Shown piece after piece: positions 28,358-37,746 of a stretch of DNA of 64,000 bases. A model generated the notes under the pieces. The model did no database searches, had not been told where the DNA came from, and was given only the letters and a program-made list of their open reading frames with translations. Each line of letters begins with the position of its first letter. Positions within the stretch are counted from its first letter, which is position 1. Source of the stretch: a virus (lineage: Duplodnaviria; Caudoviricetes). Both the position numbers and the translations under genes were made by a program. Location: IMG/VR virus record IMGVR_UViG_3300013383_000004, positions 1 to 64,000 of that record. One strand, written 5' to 3'.

Positions 28358-29384
28358 TAATAAAATATTAGTTTCTGGTAATGACAGATGTGATGTTAAC
28401 ACATTAGAGAATAATGAGTTGTTGTTATATTCACGGAATAATAAATCTATTCCTAGTAAATTAATAGCTAACGAGAATGGTAAAATTACTGAATATAAAG
28501 TAGGGGAAACTTCTACTATTATAAAGGTAAAAAGAAAAAATCCTCCTTTCCCTAATACAAATACATATGAGGAAGAACCTGTTTTGCCAGTAACGTATGT
28601 ACGTGCAAAACTAATTGATGAGAATGATAATTCTCTACTCATTAAAGATCTTAAAAGATATAGAAAAGATAAACATAATACCATTTTATTTGTTGTGTGT
28701 TATGTTATAGGTCTGAAAACTAACTACCGGATAATAGAGGAGGGTGTGCCAATTCCTGTACGGACATTACAGTATGGAGTTTTAGCGCAAGATTACTATG
28801 ACAATAATATCTATTCTAGAATAGTGTTTCTTTATGATTGTGTAAATAGGAAGATTCTTGATTTTAAAAATCAAGGAGGAGGCAACCAAGATGGATATAA
28901 ATATTTTTATATAAAAAATTTTAAAAAATATATTCATATTGAATGGCTTGAAAATACTAACCTTACTAGGGATCCTATTCTTATTTATAAAAATTTAGGG
29001 GAGACCGTAAAAATAGCAAACCTTAGAGGTGCAAAAAAGGCAAAAATTTTTAATGTAACAACATCGGAGTTTGCACAGTACCAGGGGACACCTTCATATA
29101 TTGAAATTGTAAATTGGCTCATTAAAAAAAGATACTCAACAAGTTTTTATGACGAGTGGATTGCCGTAAGTAGCAATAGTGGTGCTGGTCATTGTTGTGT
29201 TAAACATCACGGTTCTGATAAATTTGAGGAAGGCCCCATTTTATCAGCAACAACAAAAAGTACGGCATTCCGAATTTATTGTAGTATTTTTATTAAATAT
29301 TGGGCTCCACTTGATAGTGGAAGTAGAAATAAACTGATTATAAAAATACAAGTATCTAATATTTGTATAGAAGAACTTAATTAG
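28329..29384 (+). CDS. hypothetical protein; N-terminus resembles 43131..43349
   Basis: 351 aa ORF. Confidence 0.7.
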   Translation: MKKRINQHYNNKILVSGNDRCDVNTLENNELLLYSRNNKSIPSKLIANENGKITEYKVGETSTIIKVKRKNPPFPNTNTYEEEPVLPVTYVRAKLIDENDNSLLIKDLKRYRKDKHNTILFVVCYVIGLKTNYRIIEEGVPIPVRTLQYGVLAQDYYDNNIYSRIVFLYDCVNRKILDFKNQGGGNQDGYKYFYIKNFKKYIHIEWLENTNLTRDPILIYKNLGETVKIANLRGAKKAKIFNVTTSEFAQYQGTPSYIEIVNWLIKKRYSTSFYDEWIAVSSNSGAGHCCVKHHGSDKFEEGPILSATTKSTAFRIYCSIFIKYWAPLDSGSRNKLIIKIQVSNICIEELN

Positions 29385-29421
29385 TAGTAGTCTATTTATT
29401 AATATTTATATGATTTATATT

Positions 29422-29495
29422 AGGGTGAAGGAGCATTACGTTATATTAGGTATATTCACGAATACCCTATAATAACCCTATGTCCTTCACCCTTT
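29422..29495 (+). terminator. long imperfect hairpin with T-tail
   Basis: AGGGTGAAGGA...TCCTTCACCCT TTT with inner pairing. Confidence 0.55.
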
Positions 29496-29514
29496 ATTAA
29501 TATATACACTTAAT

Positions 29515-29745
29515 ATGTGGTTAAAAGAAAGTAACAGATTAAAACATTTACTCTATGCTATACCAGCAGCATTTATAGGAACTATATTCTTTGCTCTAGG
29601 TTTAGCATTTGGTATGGAGTTTAAGGATAAACAATATGGTGGTAAGTTTGATTGGTTAGATATAGTTGCCACTGCTATAGGTGGTATAATTGGTCAATCG
29701 TTATATTTATTGTGCATGATAGGAGTCCATTTAATTTTTGATTAA
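29515..29745 (+). CDS. small membrane protein
   Basis: 76 aa; KH...GMEFKD...FDWLD..AT..GG pattern. Confidence 0.7.
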   Translation: MWLKESNRLKHLLYAIPAAFIGTIFFALGLAFGMEFKDKQYGGKFDWLDIVATAIGGIIGQSLYLLCMIGVHLIFD

Positions 29746-29752
29746 TCACAAT

Positions 29753-29836
29753 ACCTCCATGTTGGAATCGGTATACAAGTTGGTCTTAAACACCAATGGT
29801 CATAAGACTATGTGGGTTCAAGTCCCACTGGAGGTA
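29753..29836 (+). tRNA. tRNA-Leu(UAA)
   Basis: ACCTCCA/TGGAGGT, TTGGT-CTTAAAC-ACCAA, long variable arm, GTGGG-TTCAAGT-CCCAC. Confidence 0.95.
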
Positions 29837-29840
29837 CAAT

Positions 29841-30150
29841 AATAGCTCTTGAAGGGTGCAGCAAAATTATAAATTACTGGACTATTTATACAATCTATTA
29901 TTTATGATTCCTTATAGTTATAAAACAGCTATTTAAAAGCAAGTATTCATGAGTTAAGTTTTAAAAGCATACTGTAAGGATTTTATTTAACACAACAAAG
30001 CTATAAATTCTAGGATAAGTAGCAACGTAACATACAGAAGGCTTCTTACTTTATTTAGTATAGCACAAAGTTCTGTTGGATGTCGTAGAATCCACCTGCT
30101 CTTCTAGGGATGATATGAAGATAAAACCTCTAGGTGGAATATACTAGAGC
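29841..30150 (+). ncRNA. candidate structured non-coding RNA downstream of tRNA-Leu
   Basis: ORF-free, several helices, closed by a terminator. Confidence 0.45.
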
Positions 30151-30151
30151 C

Positions 30152-30176
30152 AAACCCAGCTTTTTAGCTGGGTTTT
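30152..30176 (+). terminator. intrinsic terminator
   Basis: AAACCCAGCT-TTTT-AGCTGGGTTTT. Confidence 0.8.
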
Positions 30177-30238
30177 ATTGTTTCTATACCTTAGTATAAA
30201 CAATTAATAAAAAATAATTATAAAAAGTTGTTAATTTA

Positions 30239-30272
30239 TTTGGTATTGTTAAATAAATTATATACCTTTGCA
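30239..30272 (+). promoter_or_regulatory. Bacteroidota sigma70-type promoter
   Basis: TTTGG...TACCTTTGCA just before a tRNA. Confidence 0.75.
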
Positions 30273-30284
30273 ACTGTTAGAAAT

Positions 30285-30357
30285 GGTCTCTTAGTATAAA
30301 GGTTTAATATCCTTGTTTTGTAACCAAGGGATGTAAGTTCGATTCTTACAGAGACCT
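30285..30357 (+). tRNA. tRNA-Thr(UGU), atypical
   Basis: GGTCTCT/AGAGACC, loop TTTGTAA with U31.C39 mismatch, GTAAG-TTCGATT-CTTAC. Confidence 0.75.
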
Positions 30358-30451
30358 CTACTATAAATAGATTATATAAGTTAAAGGTGGTAATACTTAT
30401 ATACTCTACGCCCACTAGGGGAACTATTTATGGTTTGTTGTGGGCTTTTTA

Positions 30452-30507
30452 TTACAAGGAGTAGGCACTGTCTTTTTAGACTGAAGGTTCAATTCCTTCC
30501 CTTGTAA
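30452..30507 (+). ncRNA. 56-nt miniature tRNA-like cloverleaf
   Basis: 8-bp closing stem, two mini arms, canonical T arm GAAGG-TTCAATT-CCTTC. Confidence 0.6.
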
Positions 30508-30521
30508 CTAATATAAGTGGT

Positions 30522-30659
30522 ATGATAAAAATACTTAATGCACTTAACCTTAGACAGCTTATAAAACAAGCTAATAGTATAGGTTTAAAGAGAGAAGAAA
30601 TAATAACTATCCTACAATCACAAGGACAGTTTTATTTAATTTATTATAATAAAGGATAA
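30522..30659 (+). CDS. small hypothetical protein (45 aa, not in ORF track)
   Basis: MIKILNALNLRQLIKQANSIGLKREEIITILQSQGQFYLIYYNKG*, abuts the next gene. Confidence 0.55.
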   Translation: MIKILNALNLRQLIKQANSIGLKREEIITILQSQGQFYLIYYNKG

Positions 30660-30661
30660 CT

Positions 30662-30865
30662 ATGGAGGACACTAATACATATAATGATGAAATGGTTTTT
30701 TACTGTAAGAAGTGCTTATCATTGAGAATTAAATCAGTACCTGACATGGAAGATTTAAACTATTGTGATGAGTGTGGAGCTACAAGTATTGGTGAAACTG
30801 ACATTGAGACTTGGAGACAAATGTACAAAGATAAATTTGGTTTTGATTATTTAGATAAATATTAA
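30662..30865 (+). CDS. zinc-ribbon protein
   Basis: CKKC...CDEC. Confidence 0.7.
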   Translation: MEDTNTYNDEMVFYCKKCLSLRIKSVPDMEDLNYCDECGATSIGETDIETWRQMYKDKFGFDYLDKY

Positions 30866-30867
30866 TT

Positions 30868-31125
30868 ATGGAAGAGAAGAAAATGACAGTAGAGCAGGTA
30901 CAAGCTGCTGCAAATGAACAAATTAACCTTCTTTACAAGAAATTGCAAGAAGCTAATATGTCTAATACTTTTAAAAGACTTGATTACCTATTTATGATTG
31001 TTGAAGGAAAGTTTGGTGAGGCTTTGAAGGATAAAGCTAGGGCTGAAATTGACTACATTGTATTTGGTAATCCAGAGTCAAAGGAAGAGTCTGAAGACAT
31101 TAATACTTCACTAAAGGAGGACTAA
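30868..31125 (+). CDS. hypothetical protein
   Basis: 85 aa ORF. Confidence 0.65.
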   Translation: MEEKKMTVEQVQAAANEQINLLYKKLQEANMSNTFKRLDYLFMIVEGKFGEALKDKARAEIDYIVFGNPESKEESEDINTSLKED

Positions 31126-31514
31126 TGATGCAAGGGAAAGTCAATAATGTTATTGGACTTTCCCAAACACCATTAGGAGATGAGTTTTTTAGGTATTGGT
31201 TTATCTTTCTTAGGCCCTTACATCATCTTACTGATAGAGAAATAGATGTTATTGCCTCATTTGCAAAACATAGGTACAAACTATCAAGAGTGATAAAAGA
31301 TGAGAATCTTCTTGATACAGTACTTATGAGTGAGGAAACTAAGAGAGAAGTGAGGAAAGACTGTAATATTACCTTAGTTCATTTTCAAGTTATCATGGGC
31401 AAACTTAGAAAGAACAATGTTATAGTAAATAATAAAATAAACCCAAAGCTAATTCCTAATATTAGTGAAGACTCAAAAAGTTTACAACTTTTAGTTATAT
31501 TTCCAATAAAATAA
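31125..31514 (+). CDS. hypothetical protein (possible winged HTH)
   Basis: 129 aa; LTDREIDV motif. Confidence 0.6.
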   Translation: MMQGKVNNVIGLSQTPLGDEFFRYWFIFLRPLHHLTDREIDVIASFAKHRYKLSRVIKDENLLDTVLMSEETKREVRKDCNITLVHFQVIMGKLRKNNVIVNNKINPKLIPNISEDSKSLQLLVIFPIK

Positions 31515-31786
31515 TGGATAAAAATATCTATTTAGAAGTAAGTAAAACTTTGGGAATATCTTCTGATGTTGTTGAGAAAGTCTATAAAGCCTATTGGTTG
31601 TATATTAAAACAACTATACAGGCTTTACCTTTAAAAGAAGATCTTACAGAGGAGGAGTTCTCTAAGTTAAGAACAAACTTCAATATTCCTTCTCTAGGAA
31701 AACTTAATTGTACTATAGATAAATATAAAGGTACTAAAAAGAGATTTAAATTAATAAAGAAATTAAGAAATGCTAAAGATAAATAG
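31514..31786 (+). CDS. HU/IHF-like DNA-binding protein
   Basis: Helical N-terminus and FNIPSLGKL. Confidence 0.55.
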   Translation: MDKNIYLEVSKTLGISSDVVEKVYKAYWLYIKTTIQALPLKEDLTEEEFSKLRTNFNIPSLGKLNCTIDKYKGTKKRFKLIKKLRNAKDK

Positions 31787-32189
31787 TATTAAGCCCTTGT
31801 TTAATAAAATTGTCACTACTTGTGATGTGTATGAGAAAGGAAAGACAGAAGGTAATATTATAGTAAAAACAGAAGGAACTATTAAAGAGTATCAAAGAGT
31901 AGAGGCAGTAGGCTCTACAGTTAGAGATATTAAAGTTGGTGATTTAGTCCTTATTAATCCTAAAAGATATGTGGTTCCTAATCATAAAGATAAGAAAGAT
32001 AATTCTATAAAAGGTGTAATAGGAGATGATTTAACATTGGGAGTAAGTTTTCCTATAATTGAATATGGAGGTAAGAAGCATCTTCTCATTTATGACCAAG
32101 ACATTGATTATATTATTGATGGGGAGGAGATTAAGGAGGATTCAACAAGTTCTTTAGTTCTCCCAAGAGAAAAAAAAGTCATTGTTTAA
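31770..32189 (+). CDS. GroES-like co-chaperonin
   Basis: IKPLFNKIV, VEAVG...IKVGDLV, LLI...DI. Confidence 0.7.
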   Translation: MLKINSIKPLFNKIVTTCDVYEKGKTEGNIIVKTEGTIKEYQRVEAVGSTVRDIKVGDLVLINPKRYVVPNHKDKKDNSIKGVIGDDLTLGVSFPIIEYGGKKHLLIYDQDIDYIIDGEEIKEDSTSSLVLPREKKVIV

Positions 32190-32195
32190 TATATA

Positions 32196-32224
32196 GCTCA
32201 TGGTCAATTCCATGAGCTTTTTTA
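32196..32224 (+). terminator. intrinsic terminator
   Basis: AGCTCATGG/CCATGAGCT followed by T-tract. Confidence 0.75.
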
Positions 32225-32235
32225 TTTTATATATT

Positions 32236-32787
32236 ATGAAATTATTTAAATATGAAGGATATAAAGTAGTTATTTCTGAAGAAGCATTTGGACTTAAAGT
32301 ATTTAGGCAAATATGGAATAGAGATAGAAGTGTTCATAAAGACAAAGCTATAATGGAGTTGTCTTATATATATTTTATGGAAGATCCTAGAAGTGATTAT
32401 CAATATATTATAGATAAAGAAGAAAGGTCTAAGGCTATTATTGAAGGAGAAGGCCTATCTGATAAATGGAAACCTGATAAAGTAGTAATAGAGGCTATAG
32501 AATTTTACTCTAGTTTTAAATCTACATCAGCTTTGTTATTGGAGGATACTAGGATAGCTATTAATAAAGTAAGACAATTTTTAAAGACTGTGGATTTAAA
32601 GGCTGTAGATGACAAAGGAAAACCTATATATACTATTAATAGTATTACATCTACTATTAAAATGATACCTCAATTGATTAAAGATTTAGATGATGCAGAA
32701 AAAGCTATTAAAGCTGATATGCAAAACAACTTAGGTAAAGTAAGAGGACAAAAAGAAAAATCATTATTAGAAGACGGGATATTATGA
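32236..32787 (+). CDS. conserved protein upstream of TerL (possible small terminase)
   Basis: Position; start ATG 32236 after the terminator. Confidence 0.5.
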   Translation: MKLFKYEGYKVVISEEAFGLKVFRQIWNRDRSVHKDKAIMELSYIYFMEDPRSDYQYIIDKEERSKAIIEGEGLSDKWKPDKVVIEAIEFYSSFKSTSALLLEDTRIAINKVRQFLKTVDLKAVDDKGKPIYTINSITSTIKMIPQLIKDLDDAEKAIKADMQNNLGKVRGQKEKSLLEDGIL

Positions 32788-33053
32788 TACAACAATTAGT
32801 AAACACTCTTAATAATGTTTTGAAAGGCAGTAATTTAATTCTTCATATTGAGGAGGAACAAGGTAGAAGTATTAAATCCATAGTGTATGTTACTTATTCT
32901 GTTTATATTAATACAAAGAGTAATCCTAAACCAATAAAATTAGTTTCCCTCACTAGAACTAAAAAATTAAATGAGGATAACTATGCTATTGAAAAGGAGT
33001 TTACAGAAAGTTTTCTTATATATATAATAAATGGAGGATTACAGAATCTATGA
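32784..33053 (+). CDS. hypothetical protein
   Basis: 89 aa, ATGA overlaps. Confidence 0.6.
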   Translation: MIQQLVNTLNNVLKGSNLILHIEEEQGRSIKSIVYVTYSVYINTKSNPKPIKLVSLTRTKKLNEDNYAIEKEFTESFLIYIINGGLQNL

Positions 33054-35263
33054 ATAAATATCAAACAGAATATACCACAGAGTATTTAGATTCCTTACCT
33101 AAAGAAGTACAAGAGCAGTATTATGATTTTGTGACATCTGTACCTTATATTAAAGAGTTAATATCAAATGACAGATTGTATGCTAAAGATCTTTCTAGAG
33201 ATTCTGAAAATAAGATTATTATAGACGTTACTAAGCCTCATATTTTAGAAGATACTGATTATTTTAGACCTTCTGCTATTCATTTTCAAAAATATGGTTG
33301 TTATACTAAATTAAAACCTAATGCTAATCCTAATAGTGAATATGGTAAATGGATTAGGGAGGAGGTTAGAAGATGTTGGGAAGGGTATATAAGACCTTCT
33401 GATGGTGAATGGGTTACAGGAGATATGTATTTTTTTCTTAATTATTGTCCCATACAACTTATTAAACATAATGCTAAAGGTAACTCTATTAGAACTATTG
33501 ATTTTCCAAAGTTTTGGGATGGACATTATTATAAATCTCATTACTTGAATCAATGTAGATTGAGTGGATGTCATGCTGCAGAATTAGCAAGTAGAGGTAG
33601 AGGAAAGAGTTATTTTGCAGCAGCTATGTTGGCTAAAAGATTTATACTAGGAGAATCTAAGGAAGTAAAGAAGAAAGTACAATGTGTAGCCACTGCATCA
33701 GAAAGAAAATATATTCAAGGTGCTAATCAACTGTTAGATATGTTTCAATACTATATAGATTTTTGTGCTAATAACACTGAATTTCCTAGACAAAGAATTA
33801 CCTCTTCTTTGCAGAATTTAGCATGGACTATGGGATATATAGACAGTGAAACAGGTACTAGAAGAGGTACTGAAAATAGTGTTATAGGCATTACTTCTAA
33901 GGATGATGAGTCCAAACTTAGAGGTTCCAGAGGTGTTTTATATCTCCTTGAGGAGGCAGGTTCTTTCCCTAGATTACTTAATCTTTATCAAGTGTTAAGA
34001 CCTTCTGTAGAGGATGGTAATAGTGTATGGGGATTAATATATCTTTATGGTACTGCTGGTGATAATGACAGTGACTTTAGTTCTATGCAAGAATTAATGT
34101 ATAATCCTGCTGGTTATAATATACATTCTATTTCTAATGTTTATGATAAAGAGGGACAAGGTAGAAAGCAGTTTACATATTTTTTTCCTGGTTATATGAA
34201 TAGGGCCGATTGTTATGATAAAGACGGTAATAGTGATGTAAACAAAGCATTGATTGAAATCCTTCTTGATAGATACAAAGTAAAGTATAATAGTACAGAT
34301 ATTAATGCTATTACTAAGAGAATAGCAGAGATTCCTATCACACCTCAAGAGGCTATATTAAAGACTAAAGATAATATATTTCCTATAGTAGAGTTAACTA
34401 AAAGACTTAATGAAATAGATAACAATCCTACCTTTTTTGATGATGTTTATATAGGAGATTTAGCTTTTAATAAGCAAGGTAAAGTAATATTTGATGCTAA
34501 TACTCTAGATATTCCTATTAGGAATTTTCCTATTAAGGATAACAAAGTTCAAGGAGCATTGGAAATATATGAAATGCCACAAGAAACACATGGTAAAATA
34601 CCTAATGAAAGATATATTTTAAGTCTTGACAATTATGAAAATGACTCTGCTCAATCCATGTCATTAGGTTCTATTTTTGTCCTAGATTTATGGACTGACA
34701 GAATAGTAGCTGAATATACAGGAAGACCTATGTTTGTGGATGACCTTAATGAAATATGTAGAAAATTATGCATATTTTATAATGGTAAAGTAATGGTAGA
34801 AAATAATAAAAAAAATACTTTTGCTTACTTTAGTAGAATGAATAGCTTACACTTAATGGCTGATACTCCAGAATATTTAAAAAATAGGCAGATACTAAAA
34901 GCTAGTACTTTTGGTAATGCAAGTAAGGGGTGTCCTGCTACAGTGCCTGTAATAAATTTCGCTATGGAAAGATTGAGAGATTGGTTGTTAAAGCCTATAA
35001 CTACTACAGAGGAAATTAATGGTGAAGTTATATCTACTACTATTCCTAATTTACATTTTATTAAAAATAGGGCTTTACTTAAAGAATTAATACTTTATAA
35101 CCCTGCTATTAATGTAGATAGGATTATGTCTATGTGTCAACTAATGTTATATAGAGAAGAAAAAATGATTATCTATCAAGGAAATCCCCAAAAAGCAGAG
35201 AAAAGAATAAACTTTAAATATTTAGGTAATGATCCCTTCTTTACTAATAATTACAAGCAGTAA
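33050..35263 (+). CDS. terL: terminase large subunit
   Basis: Walker A ASRGRGKS, Walker B LLEEAG, GTAG coupling motif, nuclease LD...VENN...DR. Confidence 0.9.
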   Translation: MNKYQTEYTTEYLDSLPKEVQEQYYDFVTSVPYIKELISNDRLYAKDLSRDSENKIIIDVTKPHILEDTDYFRPSAIHFQKYGCYTKLKPNANPNSEYGKWIREEVRRCWEGYIRPSDGEWVTGDMYFFLNYCPIQLIKHNAKGNSIRTIDFPKFWDGHYYKSHYLNQCRLSGCHAAELASRGRGKSYFAAAMLAKRFILGESKEVKKKVQCVATASERKYIQGANQLLDMFQYYIDFCANNTEFPRQRITSSLQNLAWTMGYIDSETGTRRGTENSVIGITSKDDESKLRGSRGVLYLLEEAGSFPRLLNLYQVLRPSVEDGNSVWGLIYLYGTAGDNDSDFSSMQELMYNPAGYNIHSISNVYDKEGQGRKQFTYFFPGYMNRADCYDKDGNSDVNKALIEILLDRYKVKYNSTDINAITKRIAEIPITPQEAILKTKDNIFPIVELTKRLNEIDNNPTFFDDVYIGDLAFNKQGKVIFDANTLDIPIRNFPIKDNKVQGALEIYEMPQETHGKIPNERYILSLDNYENDSAQSMSLGSIFVLDLWTDRIVAEYTGRPMFVDDLNEICRKLCIFYNGKVMVENNKKNTFAYFSRMNSLHLMADTPEYLKNRQILKASTFGNASKGCPATVPVINFAMERLRDWLLKPITTTEEINGEVISTTIPNLHFIKNRALLKELILYNPAINVDRIMSMCQLMLYREEKMIIYQGNPQKAEKRINFKYLGNDPFFTNNYKQ

Positions 35264-35322
35264 ATTTAGTAAAATGTTATTATTAAATCATTTAAACTAT
35301 TGTTTAATTAATTTTTTCTATG

Positions 35323-35332
35323 TAAATTTGCA
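35323..35332 (+). promoter_or_regulatory. Bacteroidota -7 promoter element
   Basis: TAAATTTGCA upstream of portal. Confidence 0.6.
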
Positions 35333-35352
35333 GTATATAAATATATAGAACT

Positions 35353-37746
35353 ATGAGTGAATTTTTGCAGTTTCCATCTCAGCAACTTCCTATGAGTAAG
35401 AAAACTAAGACTTGGAGAAAGCAAATTCTTGATTGGGGTTCTAGTAGAGCTACTATTAATAGTTCATTAATTAGGAAAAGTGTTATACATAAAAGAATTA
35501 ACTATGATCTATTGAATGGTATAGTGCATCTTAATGATATGGCAGCTATAATTAATCCAAATGATATTAAGGCACAGTTTATCCCTTCAAAGATACAACA
35601 TTATCCTATTATGAACTCTAAACTCAATGTTCTGAGAGGAGAGGAATCTAAAAGAGTCTTTGATTTTAGAGTTATTATCACTAACCCTAATGCAATCTCA
35701 GAAATTGAAGATAACAAGAAACAAGCTTTACTTCAGGATATACAACAAGCAGTTGCTGACACTTCTCAATCAGAGGAGGAGTTTAATGCTAAGTTGGAGA
35801 AACTAAATGATTATTATACATTTGAATGGCAAGATATGAGGGAATTAAGAGCCAATGCTCTCCTTAATCATTATGCCAAAGAATATAATATGCCTTTATT
35901 ATTTAATAGAGGTTTTGTGGATGCTATGACAGTAGCAGAAGAAATATATCTATGTGATATAGTAGGAGGTGAACCTGTTATTGAAAAGCTTAATCCTAAT
36001 AAAGTCAGAATATATAAGTCTGGCTATTCTAATAGAATTGAAGATGCTGATATAGTAGTTATAGAAGACTATTGGAGTCCTGGCAGAGTAATTGATACTT
36101 ACTATGATGTTCTTAGGAAGAAAGATATGGAGTATATAGAGAAACTTCCTAATAGATTGGATCAAGGTTCTATTGACTCTATGGATAATATAGATGAAAG
36201 AGATGAGTTTATTAGAGCAGATGATACTTCTATAGGAGATGCTATTTTCAAAGATGGATTCTTTTGGTCTCCAACAGGCAATGCTCATGGAGAGGAAAAC
36301 TCAATGCTACCTTATGATATTGAAGGTAATATCAGAGTAGTAAGAATGTTTTGGAAATCCAGAAGAAGGATTAAAAAGATTAAATACTATGATGAGCAAG
36401 GGGAAGAGCAATTTAAATTTAGAGATGAAAACTATGTTACCAATAAGAATTTAGGAGAAGAAGAGCAGATTCTTTATATTAATGAAGCTTGGGAAGGTAC
36501 TAAAATAGGGGAAGATATTTATGTTAATATGAGGCCTAAGACAGTACAATATAATAGACTAAGTAATCCTTCAAGATGTCATTTTGGTATTGTTGGTTCT
36601 ATTTATAATTTAAATGATGACAAGCCCTTCTCTTTGGTAGATATGATGAAGCCTTTTAACTATCTATATGATGCTATTCATGATAGACTTAATAAAATAA
36701 TAGCTAAGAACTGGGGGAAAATAGTCACTCTAGATTTAGCTAAAGTTCCTACAGGATGGGATGTAGAGAAATGGCTTTATTTTGCTAAGACTAATAGTAT
36801 TGCAGTAGTAGACAGCTTTAAGGAAGGTAATATTGGTGCAGCTACAGGTAAATTAGCTGGTGCTATGAATAATGCTTCTAGTGGTGTTATTGATGCTGAA
36901 TTAGGTAACTCTATACAACAGAATATTAATTTACTTGAGTTTATTAAGATGGAAATGTCTGATGTGGCAGGTATATCTAAACAAAGAGAAGGCCAGATTT
37001 CCAATAGAGAAACTGTTGGTGGTGTAGAAAGAGCTACTCTTCAATCTTCACATATTACAGAATGGCTGTTTGTTACACATGAAGATGTAAAGAAGAGAGT
37101 ACTTGAATGTTTTCTTGAGACAGCTAAGATAGCTCTAAGAGGTAGAAGTAAGAAATTTCAATATATCCTTTCTGATGGCTCAATGAAAGTCATGGACATT
37201 GATGGCGATGAGTTTGCTGAGTGTGACTATGGTTTAGTAGTAGATAATAGCAATGCTATACAAGAGCTTCAACAAAAGATGGATATGCTAGCTCAAGCAG
37301 CTCTACAAAATCAAACATTAAATTTCTCTACTATTATGAAATTATATAATAGTTGTTCTATGGCTGAGAAACAGAGAATTGTTGAGAGAAATGAACAAGA
37401 AATGATCCAAAGACAGCAAGAGACACAACAGCAACAGTTACAACAACAGCAACAGCAAGCTGAAATGGAAGCTCAAGCTAAGGAACAAGAGATGCAATTA
37501 AAAGACCAAATGAACCAAAGAGATAATGAGACTAAAATTCTTGTGGCTACTATATCTGCTGATAGTAAAAATGATGGTATTGAAGAACCTACATATTCTC
37601 AAGAAGCCAAAGATAAACTAATGGAGTCAATGAGACAATTTGATGAAAGACTTAAATTAGATAAAGAAAAACTTGAGTTTGATAAAACCAAAGCGAGAAT
37701 TGATGCTCAACTTAAAAAACAAACATCTAAAATAACAAAGAAATGA
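35353..37746 (+). CDS. portal protein
   Basis: 797 aa after TerL; GISKQREG, ETVGGVER, Q-rich C-terminal coil as in crAss-like portals. Confidence 0.85.
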   Translation: MSEFLQFPSQQLPMSKKTKTWRKQILDWGSSRATINSSLIRKSVIHKRINYDLLNGIVHLNDMAAIINPNDIKAQFIPSKIQHYPIMNSKLNVLRGEESKRVFDFRVIITNPNAISEIEDNKKQALLQDIQQAVADTSQSEEEFNAKLEKLNDYYTFEWQDMRELRANALLNHYAKEYNMPLLFNRGFVDAMTVAEEIYLCDIVGGEPVIEKLNPNKVRIYKSGYSNRIEDADIVVIEDYWSPGRVIDTYYDVLRKKDMEYIEKLPNRLDQGSIDSMDNIDERDEFIRADDTSIGDAIFKDGFFWSPTGNAHGEENSMLPYDIEGNIRVVRMFWKSRRRIKKIKYYDEQGEEQFKFRDENYVTNKNLGEEEQILYINEAWEGTKIGEDIYVNMRPKTVQYNRLSNPSRCHFGIVGSIYNLNDDKPFSLVDMMKPFNYLYDAIHDRLNKIIAKNWGKIVTLDLAKVPTGWDVEKWLYFAKTNSIAVVDSFKEGNIGAATGKLAGAMNNASSGVIDAELGNSIQQNINLLEFIKMEMSDVAGISKQREGQISNRETVGGVERATLQSSHITEWLFVTHEDVKKRVLECFLETAKIALRGRSKKFQYILSDGSMKVMDIDGDEFAECDYGLVVDNSNAIQELQQKMDMLAQAALQNQTLNFSTIMKLYNSCSMAEKQRIVERNEQEMIQRQQETQQQQLQQQQQQAEMEAQAKEQEMQLKDQMNQRDNETKILVATISADSKNDGIEEPTYSQEAKDKLMESMRQFDERLKLDKEKLEFDKTKARIDAQLKKQTSKITKK

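Noticed and set aside
29837-30400. HDV-like (theta) ribozymes at tRNA 3' ends
   Set aside because: No nested double-pseudoknot pattern starting at any tRNA 3' end could be found by eye
8108-35263. Inteins in NrdD, helicases or TerL
   Set aside because: Lengths are ordinary and no intein splice motifs are evident
37405-37460. CAA/CAG repeat in portal
   Set aside because: Ordinary Gln-rich coiled coil of the portal C-terminus
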